Part shown: piece after piece, positions 9,334 to 17,749 of the stretch
Numbering within the stretch: position 1 is the first letter of the stretch
How the letters are laid out: the number at the start of each line of letters is the position of its first letter
Assembly (NCBI GenBank): GCA_963792525.1
Contig: CAWBWK010000002.1
Span: 642,285-674,284, forward strand
Reading direction: 5' to 3'
DNA: 32,000 bases
Source of the DNA: an uncultured Alphaproteobacteria bacterium
Lineage (GTDB): Bacteria; Pseudomonadota; Alphaproteobacteria; Rhizobiales; Aestuariivirgaceae
Program-made: the position numbers and the translations under genes
Notes under the pieces: generated by a model
Told to the model about the DNA's origin: nothing
Database searches by the model: none
Seen by the model: only the letters and a program-made list of their open reading frames with translations

Positions 9334-11791
9334 GGGGAAAACTCCTTTGCTGGGGTGGACCTGAGGTTGGTGAGAGAGGGAATGAGATCAGCGGCCCATG
9401 CGGCACCGCGCAGGCGCAGCCAGGCCGCGAGGAAGCCATCGCGGCCATGCGCAGCAAGGGTCTCTTCGATCTTTGCCTGATCGGTCTTGGCTGATGTTGC
9501 GCAGAGTGCGAGTGCCACTTCGGACAGGCCGAGATCGAAGAGCCGGTTGCCTTGCCTCGACTGGCAGTAGTAGTCGCGCTTCGGCATGGCGCGGGCGACA
9601 ATCTCGATCTGCCGATCATTCAAACCAAAGCGCTGATAGATGGCACCGATTTGCGGCTCGATGGCGCGTTCATTCGGCAAGAAGATTCGTGTCTGGCAGC
9701 TCTCGATGATGGCTGGTGCGATCTTCGATTGATCAATATCGGAAAGCGACTGCGTGGCGAAAATGACTGAAGCGTTCTTTTTGCGCAGCGTCTTCAACCA
9801 TTCCCGCAACTGCCCGGTGAACCCGTCGTCATCAAGTGCCAACCATCCTTCATCGATGATGAGCAGCGTCGGTCTGCCATCAAGCCGGTCCTCGATGCGG
9901 TGGAAGAGATAGGAGAGAACAGCGGGTGCGGCACTCGTGCCGATCAGGCCTTCCGTCTCGAAGGCCATCACGGACTCTTCGCCCAAGCGCTCTTGCTCGG
10001 CATCAAGCAGGCGCCCATAAGGGCCGCCGACGCAATAGGGTTGCAGCGCCTGCTTCAGTGCATTCGACTGCAAGAAAACCGCAAGGCCCGTCAGCGTGCG
10101 TTCGGACACCGGCGCACTTGCGAGCGACGTCAGTGCCGTCCAGAGATATTCCCTAACCTGCGGATCGATGGCGACACCTTCACGCGTGAGGATCGACACG
10201 ATCCAATCGGCAGCCCAGGCGCGCTCCGGTACATCGTGGATGTGGGCGAAGGGTTGCAGGGACACACTGTCGGCGGCACCATCCGTCAAGCCACCACCGA
10301 GATCATGCCAGTCACCACCCATGGCAAGCGTTGCCGCGCGGATCGAGCCCCCGAAATCGAAGGCAAAGACTTGGGAGCCGACATAGCGCCGGAACTGCAA
10401 TGCCATGAGGGCGAGCAGCACGGATTTGCCGGCACCCGTGGGGCCGATGACCAGCGTGTGGCCAACATCGCCAACATGAAGTGAAAACCGGAACGGGGTC
10501 GAGCCCTCGGTCTTGCCGAACAGCAAGGGGGAGGCCCCGAAGTGCTCGTCCCGCGCCGGCCCCGCCCAAACGGCTGACAGGGGTATCATATGGGCGAGAT
10601 TGAGTGTCGAGATCGGCGGCTGCCGGACATTGGCGTAAGCATGCCCCGGCAGTGAGCCAAGCCAGGCATCAACCGCATTGATGGTCTCTGACTGCCGCCG
10701 TGAAGTCCCGGCCCTGGACGATCTTCTCGACAAGACGCAGCTTCTCGGCGGCGATTCTGGGATCGGCATCCCAGACGGTGATGGTCGCCGTCACATAGGC
10801 CTGGCCCGCATAGTCGGCACCCAGCTCTTGCAGGGCCATATCGGCATCGGCGGCTTTGTTGGCTGCATCGGTATCGACAAGCACCGAGGCCTCGTTGGTC
10901 ATCACCTCCTTCAGGATCGCAGCAATGGACTTGCGCTTGGCAAACCATTGCCGCCTGATTTTGGTGAGCAGCTTCGTCGCATCGGTCTTGTCGAGAAGGA
11001 TGGCACGGGTCGACCAGCGGTAGGGAAACGCCAGCCGATTGAGATCATCGAGCAGGCCCGGTGTGGTGACACTTGGGAAACCGACGAGTGTCAGGATACG
11101 CAGGTGCTGATCACCGAGGCGCGGTTCAAGGCCTCCGACAAGCGGTTGATCGGCGAGCAGTGCATCGAGGTAGATCGGCGTCTCGGGCACGCGTACGCGC
11201 TGCTGTTTGGTCGAAACCGTCGAATGCAGATAAGTCAGCGTCTCTTCATCATCAAGCCACTCACATTCCGGCATGAAGTTCTCAATAAGCTGAAGCACAC
11301 GCGTGGTGCGGTCTGCGAAACTGCGCAAGACCTCATGCGGATCAACGCCGCTGTTCGGCCTTGCCCTCATAGAGCCAGCTCTCGGTGCGGGCGGCTTCCT
11401 CGGCGGGTGGCAGATACAGAAACGTCAGGAAATACTTCGATTCAAAATGCGCCTCGACCTCTTCGAATACTGCCTTGCGCTCGGCATCGACAAGGGCAGA
11501 CGCCGCATCGGGAAACTGATCCGATGGATATGCGCCAACCGGCTGGCGCTGTGCCTCGACAAAGATTGCCCAGCCGGAGCCCAAACGCCGGAAAGCATTG
11601 TTGAGACGGCCCGCAACGGCAACGAGTTCAGCCTGCACAGCGGAATCAAGATCGGGTCCCCGAAACCGTGCCGTCCTTTGGAAGCTGCCGTCCTTGTTGA
11701 GAACGATGCCTTCTCCGACCAGCGCAGCCCAGGGCAGGAAGTCTGCGAGCCGTGTCGCTTTGATCCGATATTCGGCGAGGTTCATCATCAT
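9330..11791 (-). pseudogene. trbE: Conjugal transfer ATPase TrbE (VirB4 homolog) split into three ORFs by two frameshifts
   Basis: ORFs 11791-11342, 11370-10669 and 10769-9330 are consecutive TrbE segments. They begin MMMNLAEYRIKATRLADFLPW; ...DPHEVLRSFADRTT...; and ...ETINAVDAWLGSLPGH...GPTGAGKS (Walker A). The joins at about 11350 and about 10695 each need one base removed. Span is 2462 nt, i.e. 3n+2. Confidence 0.9.
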
Positions 11792-11797
11792 GGGACC

Positions 11798-12077
11798 TCA
11801 CACGCTCAAATGACCGGGGATGCGGAGATGACGGCGCACCACATCGACAAATTGCGGATCGCGCCGCGCCGCCCAGACCGCCAAGAAATGTCCCACCGCC
11901 CAGATCAAAAGACCGACCAGCCAGAGGCGAAGCCCCAACCCAATTGCTGCTGCCAATGTGCCGTTCAGAATGGCGATTGAACGTGGTGCACCGCCGAGCA
12001 GGATATGTTCGGTCAAAGCGCGATGAACTGGCACGGTGAAGCCTGGGACCTCAAGCCATTGTTTGAAAGCGTGCCAT
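11798..12077 (-). pseudogene. trbD: Conjugal transfer protein TrbD (VirB3 homolog), probably frameshifted near its 5' end
   Basis: The body VPVHRALTEHILLGGAPRSIAILNGTLAAAIGLGL... is intact from a GTG at 12034. The frame stays open upstream (QWLEVPGFT), and an ATG coupled to the trbC stop (TGATG, 12077) reads MARFQTMA* one frame off. Removing one T near 12052 gives MARFQTMAEVPGFTVPVHR. Span is 280 nt, i.e. 3n+1. Initiation at the GTG cannot be excluded. Confidence 0.55.
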
Positions 12078-12410
12078 CAGATGAGTGCCCCGCCACCGAA
12101 GGAGAAGAACGACAGGAAGAAGCTCGATGCGGCAAAAGCAATGGAGAGACCAAAGACGATCTGGATCAATCGCCGGAAGCCACCTGCGGTATCGCCAAAC
12201 GCCAGCGTCAACCCTGTCACGATGATGATGATCACTGCGACGATCTTGGCAACCGGACCTTCGATTGATTGAAGGATCTGCTGCAACGGTTGTTCCCAGG
12301 GCATCGACGATCCTGAGGCGTGCGCTGCGGGTGCCACCAACAGACTGCCAAGTGTGACGACGGTGGCGGCAGAAGCCGCGTCCAGAGCTGTTTGAAGTGC
12401 GATTGATCAT
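12077..12410 (-). pseudogene. trbC: TrbC/VirB2-type pilin precursor with a frameshift inside the signal peptide
   Basis: The ATG at 12410 forms an ATGA junction with the trbB stop and reads MINRTSN. The pilin frame (TALDAASAATVVTLGSLLVAPAAHASGSSMPWEQPLQQILQSIEGPVAKI...) is one base further on and has only a TTG inside the leader as a start. One extra base lies near the AAA run at 12391-12393. Confidence 0.75.
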
Positions 12411-13387
12411 GCGGCGTCTCCTGCGGTGAGTTCAAAAGCGGGAGTGATCCGATAGTCGCCATCAGCGTTGAGGCCTTCGACGAAGCTGAGTTCCGAAAGT
12501 TGGCGTTGGCTGCCGCGACCGCTGAGCACCGCGATCAAATCGATTGTTTCGGCAACAAGTGCGCGGGGCACGGTGACAACCGCTTCCTGGATCAGCTGTT
12601 CGAGACGCCTGAGCGCGCCAATGGCAGAGCCTGCATGAATGGTGCCGATGCCGCCGGGATGGCCCGTGCCCCAGGCTTTGAGAAGATCGAGCGCCTCACT
12701 GCCCCGCACCTCACCAATCGGAATGCGATCAGGCCGCAGGCGAAGCGAGGAGCGCACAAGATCGGACAGCGAAGCAACGCCATCCTTGGTGCGCATCGCG
12801 ACAAGATTGGGAGCAGCGCATTGCAGCTCACGCGTATCCTCGATGAGGACAATGCGATCTGAGGTCTTTGCGACTTCCGCGAGGAGCGCATTGGTGAGCG
12901 TGGTCTTGCCCGTTGATGTGCCGCCGGCGACGAGGATGTTGCGCCGCTCCGCCACGGCTCGCGCAAGGATCGCGGCTTGGTCAGCCGACATGATCTTTGC
13001 TTCGACATAGTCGAGGAGCGTGAACACGGCGACAGCGGGCTTGCGGATGGCGAAGGTTGGTGCGGTAACGACCGGCGGCAACAAGCCTTCGAAGCGCTCG
13101 CCAGTCTCCGGGAGTTCCGCCGAAACGCGTGGACTCTTCGCATGGACTTCGACGCCAACATGATGTGCGACGACGCGCACGATCCGTTCGCCATCAGCAG
13201 CGGAGAGTTCCATCCCTGTGTCGGAAAGGCCTTGGGACAATCGGTCGATCCAGAGCCGTCCATCTGGATTGAGCATCACCTCGACGACTTGCGGGTCTTC
13301 CAAGAAGCCAGCGATTGCGGGACCGAGTGCTGTGCGCAACATGCGCGCCCCGCGAAGAACTGCTTCTGATTGCTGGTGAGAAATCAC
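12407..13387 (-). CDS. trbB: P-type conjugative transfer ATPase TrbB (VirB11 homolog)
   Basis: Walker [10 protein letters not shown], Asp box VLIEDTRE, Walker B/His box [12 protein letters not shown]...[11 protein letters not shown]. Start set at the GTG at 13387 behind GAAGGGGA. ORF 12407..13507 extends further upstream with a non-homologous-looking peptide. Confidence 0.88.
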   Translation of the reverse strand: MISHQQSEAVLRGARMLRTALGPAIAGFLEDPQVVEVMLNPDGRLWIDRLSQGLSDTGMELSAADGERIVRVVAHHVGVEVHAKSPRVSAELPETGERFEGLLPPVVTAPTFAIRKPAVAVFTLLDYVEAKIMSADQAAILARAVAERRNILVAGGTSTGKTTLTNALLAEVAKTSDRIVLIEDTRELQCAAPNLVAMRTKDGVASLSDLVRSSLRLRPDRIPIGEVRGSEALDLLKAWGTGHPGGIGTIHAGSAIGALRRLEQLIQEAVVTVPRALVAETIDLIAVLSGRGSQRQLSELSFVEGLNADGDYRITPAFELTAGDAA

Positions 13388-13551
13388 TACTTTGTCCCCT
13401 TCGCATTGGCCGCCGCTCACGGAGGCACTGCATTGGGGTTCAGTAAGAAAGGCAGAATTTGATCTGCCGCAACAGGTTTGTGGGCGTAGTAGGGATGTGG
13501 CGTGCAAATACAGGGAAACGGCTAATGTGCTGTATGCGGCTATGCCACTCC

Positions 13552-13570
13552 TAATCGCTAATAGCGATTA
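13552..13570. promoter_or_regulatory. Perfect 19-bp palindrome TAATCGCTA-A-TAGCGATTA upstream of trbB
   Basis: Read directly. 9-bp arms with a 1-nt centre, about 165 bp upstream of the trbB start in the trbB/cargo intergenic region. This geometry is typical of a dimeric repressor operator. Confidence 0.35.
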
Positions 13571-13693
13571 TTCGGCGCTTATTGCCTTTGCCAGTTGTAT
13601 GACGTTTCTCAGTTCGAAATGTTGTCCGATACAATTTTGTGAGCGGACATACTCAAACTCAGCGTAATCGACGTGATTGACCCTAAGCGGTCT

Positions 13694-14527
13694 TCAATGG
13701 GTACGCCTCAAGACCGCGTTGAAAAGACCGATCCTTCCTTCTTCGAGATTGCGTAACATATTGCGGCTTATCGTGGCGAAGTCGCTGCCAAGAAGCAGAT
13801 GCAGTCCGAGAGGTGAAGGAGAGCCAGTCTTCGCGACTTTCGCGCGCGCTTGCACCTCCTCAAGCGAAGTTTTCGTCGTGTCCATCCATGTCGTGGTCCG
13901 AAAACCTGCGCGCTCCAGCTTGTCGCGAGTCTCCTCGGCGGTAATCAAGAAGCTGATGTTCGGTTCACGTGCCCACGAGAGCGGATAGAACGGAGGGCCA
14001 CCGCTTCCCGCAACAACATCCTGAATTGCCAATTGGCCTTCCGGCTTCAGCACACGGAACATTTCCGCATACAGCGCAGGGCGGTTAGCTACGTTCATCG
14101 AAACATTCTGGCACCAGACGATGTCGAATATTTGGTCCGCAAAGGGCATGTTGAGCGCATCCCCTTGACGATAGTCCACCAGCGCGCTCAACCCGGTGAG
14201 ATGCGCCAGCATATCGGCGACACGGACGAACCCGGAGGTAAGATCGAGGCCACTGACGCGGCAACCGTACTGCTTTGCCAGAAACCGAGAGGGTCCACCA
14301 ATACCGCAGCCCACATCGACAACTCGCTCGGACCCTCTCAGATGCAAGAGCTCAGCGAGCCTGACGGTCGCGCCACGCTGGCCCGTATGAAACTCGTCCA
14401 CGGCCGCGAGATCATCCGGCGTCAAGCGCTCGACATCTTTGCCGGCCTGTTTGAGTGCGGCCAATATCGTTGCGCCAAGATCGGGACGGTCATAATTACG
14501 CTCGATAGCCTGATGCGCCTCAGCCAT
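13694..14527 (-). CDS. Class I SAM-dependent methyltransferase (small-molecule type)
   Basis: 277 aa. Motif I VVDVGCGIGGPSRFLA, post-I GLDLT, motif II/III FDIVWCQNVSMNV...LKPEGQLAIQD. Confidence 0.85.
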   Translation of the reverse strand: MAEAHQAIERNYDRPDLGATILAALKQAGKDVERLTPDDLAAVDEFHTGQRGATVRLAELLHLRGSERVVDVGCGIGGPSRFLAKQYGCRVSGLDLTSGFVRVADMLAHLTGLSALVDYRQGDALNMPFADQIFDIVWCQNVSMNVANRPALYAEMFRVLKPEGQLAIQDVVAGSGGPPFYPLSWAREPNISFLITAEETRDKLERAGFRTTTWMDTTKTSLEEVQARAKVAKTGSPSPLGLHLLLGSDFATISRNMLRNLEEGRIGLFNAVLRRTH

Positions 14528-14603
14528 GACACGCTCCTATGGTCATTCAGAGCCAGCTTTCGACTTCGACAAAAATGTCGCATGAACGTGCTCAGCAAGC
14601 AAT

Positions 14604-14649
14604 TCAAGATCAAGCACTTCTCGAAGTCAAGATGAAGCACTTCTCGAAG
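14604..14649. repeat. Tandem duplication, 2 x 23 bp (TCAAGAT[C/G]AAGCACTTCTCGAAG)
   Basis: Units 14604-14626 and 14627-14649 differ at one position. They lie 77-122 bp upstream of the methyltransferase start codon. Confidence 0.8.
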
Positions 14650-14781
14650 GAAGAATCATGAACGCCAAGTCTCCTTGTGGCCCGTTTGAGAAGATGATGG
14701 TCATTCGCAAATTGTCCGATCATCACCGGTGAGCGGAACTCCAGCAAGTGATTTCAGCTTTCTTCGAAAATTTGTGCGTTA

Positions 14782-14892
14782 TAGCGGTTCCGGGTTAGTT
14801 TGAATGATACACCAAACCCCTTCATTCCCGCGTTCGCGGGGATGACGAGGTGAAAATGTAAAGACGATTCTGACAAAACCGGAACCGCTCTA
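14782..14892. repeat. About 110-bp MITE-like / intergenic palindromic element
   Basis: Terminal inverted repeats AGCGGTTCCGG (14784-14794) and CCGGAACCGCT (14879-14889). Internal hairpin CCCGCG-TT-CGCGGG (about 14827-14840). No coding potential. Confidence 0.45.
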
Positions 14893-15033
14893 GGTGTCGC
14901 AATGCGGACCTTGCGCGAAGCTCTCAAATTATGCGTTCATGACCTTGAGCAGAACTCGTATTTATTAGCAGAAATGCAGTTGAGGATTTTCGCTGCTTGA
15001 TTTTATACGAATACTGATATATATATCCCTGAT

Positions 15034-15344
15034 ATGAAACGCATATTCTTCCTTGGTGACACGCTGGAACAGATTCGCTCATTTCCAGTGAAGGCCCGCA
15101 GTGATGCCGGTTCAGAACTGCGTCGTGTTCAAATGGGTCTGGACCCAATGGATTGGAAACCAATGAAAACCATTGGTGCTGGCGTGCGTGAGATCAGGGT
15201 GCGGGATGTAGCAGGCGCGTTTCGTGTTGTGATGTGTTGCACAGAGCAGATGCCATTTATGTACTGAATGCATTTCACAAGAAAACACAGAAGACACCCA
15301 AGCATGAATTGGAACTGGCGGCGCGGCGCCTGAAATTGATCTGA
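15034..15344 (+). pseudogene. RelE/HigB-type toxin (phage Gp49-like family), frameshifted
   Basis: MKRIFFLGDTLEQIRSFPVKARSDAGSELRRVQMGLDPMDWKPMKTIGAGVREIRVRDVAGAFRVV, then the frame is lost near 15228-15232. The conserved C-terminus VLHRADAIYVLNAFHKKTQKTPKHELELAARRLKLI* continues in the -1 frame and stops at 15342-15344. One base appears to be missing. Confidence 0.7.
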
Positions 15345-15354
15345 TGGAGAAGGA

Positions 15355-15651
15355 ATGATGGAAAGGAAAATCAAGGTTGAAAGCTTTGCCAATGTCTGGG
15401 ACGCCATCATGGACACGCCCGAAGAGGCGGCAGCCATGACCATGCGTTCAGACTTGCTCATCACTCTCACCGAACATGTCAAAGCCTGGAAACTCACCCA
15501 AGCCGCCGCAGCAAAACGCCTCGACATCACCCAGCCGCGCCTCAACGACCTGCTCCGTGGGCGGATCAATAATTTCAGCATTGATGCGTTGATCAGCTTG
15601 GCCCGAAAAGCGGGTCTGACAGTCGAACTCAAGATCAAGAAGGCGGCTTAG
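15355..15651 (+). CDS. XRE-family HTH antitoxin partnered with the Gp49-like toxin
   Basis: 98 aa, starting 10 nt after the toxin stop. HTH LTQAAAAKRLDITQPRLNDLLRGRINNFSIDALISL. Intact. Confidence 0.75.
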   Translation: MMERKIKVESFANVWDAIMDTPEEAAAMTMRSDLLITLTEHVKAWKLTQAAAAKRLDITQPRLNDLLRGRINNFSIDALISLARKAGLTVELKIKKAA

Positions 15652-15657
15652 ACTTCA

Positions 15658-15739
15658 AGAGGGCAAAGCGATTCCCTTAAGTCAAAAAGGGAAGCGTCCC
15701 CTATTCTCCATTAAAAGAGGGAAACGTCCCCTATTCCCC
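15658..15739. promoter_or_regulatory. Three tandem ~30-bp repeats, each with an imperfect palindrome GGGAA(G/A)CGTCCCC
   Basis: AGGGAAGCGTCCCCTATTC (from 15688) and AGGGAAACGTCCCCTATTC (from 15718) are 30 bp apart. A degenerate copy GGGCAAAGCGATTCCC lies at 15661-15676. All are 150-230 bp upstream of the first ankyrin-cytochrome gene. Confidence 0.4.
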
Positions 15740-15888
15740 CCGCTGTTTTCTCCTCCTGAAAAATCCGAAAGGGACATTCTCATTTTGCGCTAACAGCTTT
15801 GTAGACGGCGTTGTCATCGCAGCGAAATCATGTTAGCATCTTTATGTCCAATAGTGCTGTTTCCCTTGTTTCCCATGGGAGTCGTAAA

Positions 15889-16797
15889 ATGCGCAGATTG
15901 TTGATTTTCATTTTTCTTGCCTTTGCCCAAGTTCCGAATGCAAACTCAGCAGCCATTCATGAGGCCGCCAAAAAAGGCGACCTCGCCGCACTTACTGCGG
16001 CTTTGAACGCCAGAACCGATGTCAACGAGGTCGATGGCGGTGCAACGCCGCTTTATTTTGCGGCGGTAAGGGGGCGCCTGGAAGCGGCAAAGCTTCTCAT
16101 TGCGCGCGGTGCCGACGTCAACGCCAAGACGAAAATCGGTTCGCCCCTGATGGCGGCGGCGGCGAAAGGCGGCCCCGAGCTAGTAAAATTGTTGTTGGCC
16201 AACGGCGCAAATCCAAACGCGGAGCCAGAAAGCCAGACGGCGCTTCATCTTGCTGCGGAGCACGGCTGCCTCGCATGTGTCAAGGCACTGGTCGAAGCGG
16301 GCGCAAATGTGAATGCGCAACACAAGTATACCCCCCGACAAGAAACGCTGGTCACAACCCCCCTCCATCTCGCCATCACTTACAGTCATGGTGACGTTGC
16401 GGACTATCTCATCTCGCACGGCGTCATCTTTCCAAAACCCGCCCCGATTGGGGCCAAACTTACCTCAGCTGATTCCGGCAAAGGGTGGAAGTTCTTTGAA
16501 AAAGAATGTCAATCTTGCCATACCTTCAGTCGGGTACACGGCGACAACTATGGTCCTGGCCTATGGAATGTTGTCGGTCGCAACAAGGCGTCTCTCAACT
16601 ATAGGGGATACTCCAAGACGCTGCGGGCATTGGACGGTGATTGGACTTACGAGGATTTGAATATTTTTCTTTCTGGACCAACCGTCACCACGCCCGGCGT
16701 GAACATGCAAATGCAAGGTGCACCCAACGAGGATGATCGTGTGAATGTGATCGCCTATCTGCGCTCGCTCAGCGACAATCCTGTTCCGCTGCCGTAA
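15889..16797 (+). CDS. Secreted ankyrin-repeat / class I c-type cytochrome fusion protein, paralog 1
   Basis: ORF 15811..16797 trimmed to MRRLLIFIFLAFAQVPNANS-AAIHEAAKKGD (signal peptide). It has 4-5 ANK repeats (GATPLYFAAVRGRLEAAKLLIARGADVNA...). The C-terminal domain carries CQSCH, GPGLWNVVGR, PGVNMQMQG and VNVIAYLRSL. Confidence 0.85.
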   Translation: MRRLLIFIFLAFAQVPNANSAAIHEAAKKGDLAALTAALNARTDVNEVDGGATPLYFAAVRGRLEAAKLLIARGADVNAKTKIGSPLMAAAAKGGPELVKLLLANGANPNAEPESQTALHLAAEHGCLACVKALVEAGANVNAQHKYTPRQETLVTTPLHLAITYSHGDVADYLISHGVIFPKPAPIGAKLTSADSGKGWKFFEKECQSCHTFSRVHGDNYGPGLWNVVGRNKASLNYRGYSKTLRALDGDWTYEDLNIFLSGPTVTTPGVNMQMQGAPNEDDRVNVIAYLRSLSDNPVPLP

Positions 16798-16817
16798 TCC
16801 AAACAAGGAGAAGCGCC

Positions 16818-17729
16818 ATGAACTTCAAGCTGGTGCTGTTTTCTGCGATCCTCTTTTTTGGTCCAGCGGTTTCCCGTGCCGCCGAAATTCATGAGGCCGC
16901 CAAAATAGGTGATCTCGCCACGCTGACTGCGACCTTGAACGCTGGAGCCGATGTCAACAAGTTGGCTGGCGGCGCAACGCCACTCTATTTTGCGGCGATC
17001 AGGGGGCAACTCGAAGCGGCGAAGCTTCTCATCTCGCACGGCGCCGATCTCAATGCCAAGGCGAACTACGGTTCACCCCTGATGGGTGCTGCGGCAAGAG
17101 ATACGCCGGAGCTGGTCAATTTGTTGCTGGCCAATGGCGCTGATCCAAATGCAGACCTGGACGGCAAGACCGCGCTTCATGTTGCGGCTGAGCGTGGCTG
17201 CCTCGGCTGCGTCAAGGCACTGGTTGATGCGGGCGCAAATGTGAATGCGCAACACAGGAAAGTCGGCGGACAGTACATTCTGGTTACGACCCCCCTTCAC
17301 CTCGCCATCTTTTACGAACATGGCGATGTCGCTGACTACCTTGTCGCGCACGGTGTCATTTTGCCGACGCCCGACCCGATCGCTGCCAAACTTGCCTCCG
17401 CCGATCCCGGCAAAGGGCGTGAATTTTTTGAAAGTGAATGCGGCAAGTGCCACTCTATCATTTTGGGACTAGATGATACGCTCGGCCCCAACCTTTGGAA
17501 TATTGTCGGGCGCGACAAGGCGTCTCTCGACTTTGCTGAATATTCCAAGACTTTGCTGGCATTGAAGGGGGACTGGACTTACGAGGATCTCAATACGTTT
17601 CTCTCGGGACCAGCCATCACTACGCCCGGCGTAGACATGCAAACGGAAGGTGCGCCCAACGAGGATGATCGTGTGAACGTGATCGCCTATCTCCGCACCC
17701 TCAGCAAAAATCCTGTTCCGCTGCCGTGA
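16818..17729 (+). CDS. Secreted ankyrin-repeat / class I c-type cytochrome fusion protein, paralog 2
   Basis: MNFKLVLFSAILFFGPAVSRA-AEIHEAAKIGD signal peptide, ANK repeats, then CGKCH, GPNLWNIVGR, PGVDMQTEG and VNVIAYLRTL. AAGGAGAA Shine-Dalgarno in a 20-nt spacer after paralog 1. Confidence 0.87.
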   Translation: MNFKLVLFSAILFFGPAVSRAAEIHEAAKIGDLATLTATLNAGADVNKLAGGATPLYFAAIRGQLEAAKLLISHGADLNAKANYGSPLMGAAARDTPELVNLLLANGADPNADLDGKTALHVAAERGCLGCVKALVDAGANVNAQHRKVGGQYILVTTPLHLAIFYEHGDVADYLVAHGVILPTPDPIAAKLASADPGKGREFFESECGKCHSIILGLDDTLGPNLWNIVGRDKASLDFAEYSKTLLALKGDWTYEDLNTFLSGPAITTPGVDMQTEGAPNEDDRVNVIAYLRTLSKNPVPLP

Positions 17730-17749
17730 TCCAAACAAGGAGAAGCGCC

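Noticed and set aside
10678-11604. 308-aa plus-strand ORF
   Set aside because: It lies antisense to trbE, whose three segments match VirB4/TrbE motifs. The ORF has an Arg/Gly-rich composition and no recognisable domain.
6866-12410. Programmed ribosomal +1 frameshifting or transcriptional slippage as the explanation for the split trb genes
   Set aside because: There are too many sites and no shared slippery motif or stimulatory structure. Homologous genes in other elements are, to my knowledge, single uninterrupted ORFs. Mutation or sequence error is more parsimonious.
12592-13263. 223-aa minus-strand ORF within trbB
   Set aside because: It is an alternative frame of trbB. The trbB frame carries the Walker A/B and His-box motifs.
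13850-14635. 261-aa plus-strand ORF
   Set aside because: It lies antisense to the methyltransferase, which has clear SAM-binding motifs.
15129-15638. 169-aa minus-strand ORF
   Set aside because: It lies antisense to the toxin/antitoxin pair, which have recognisable family sequences and a coupled arrangement.
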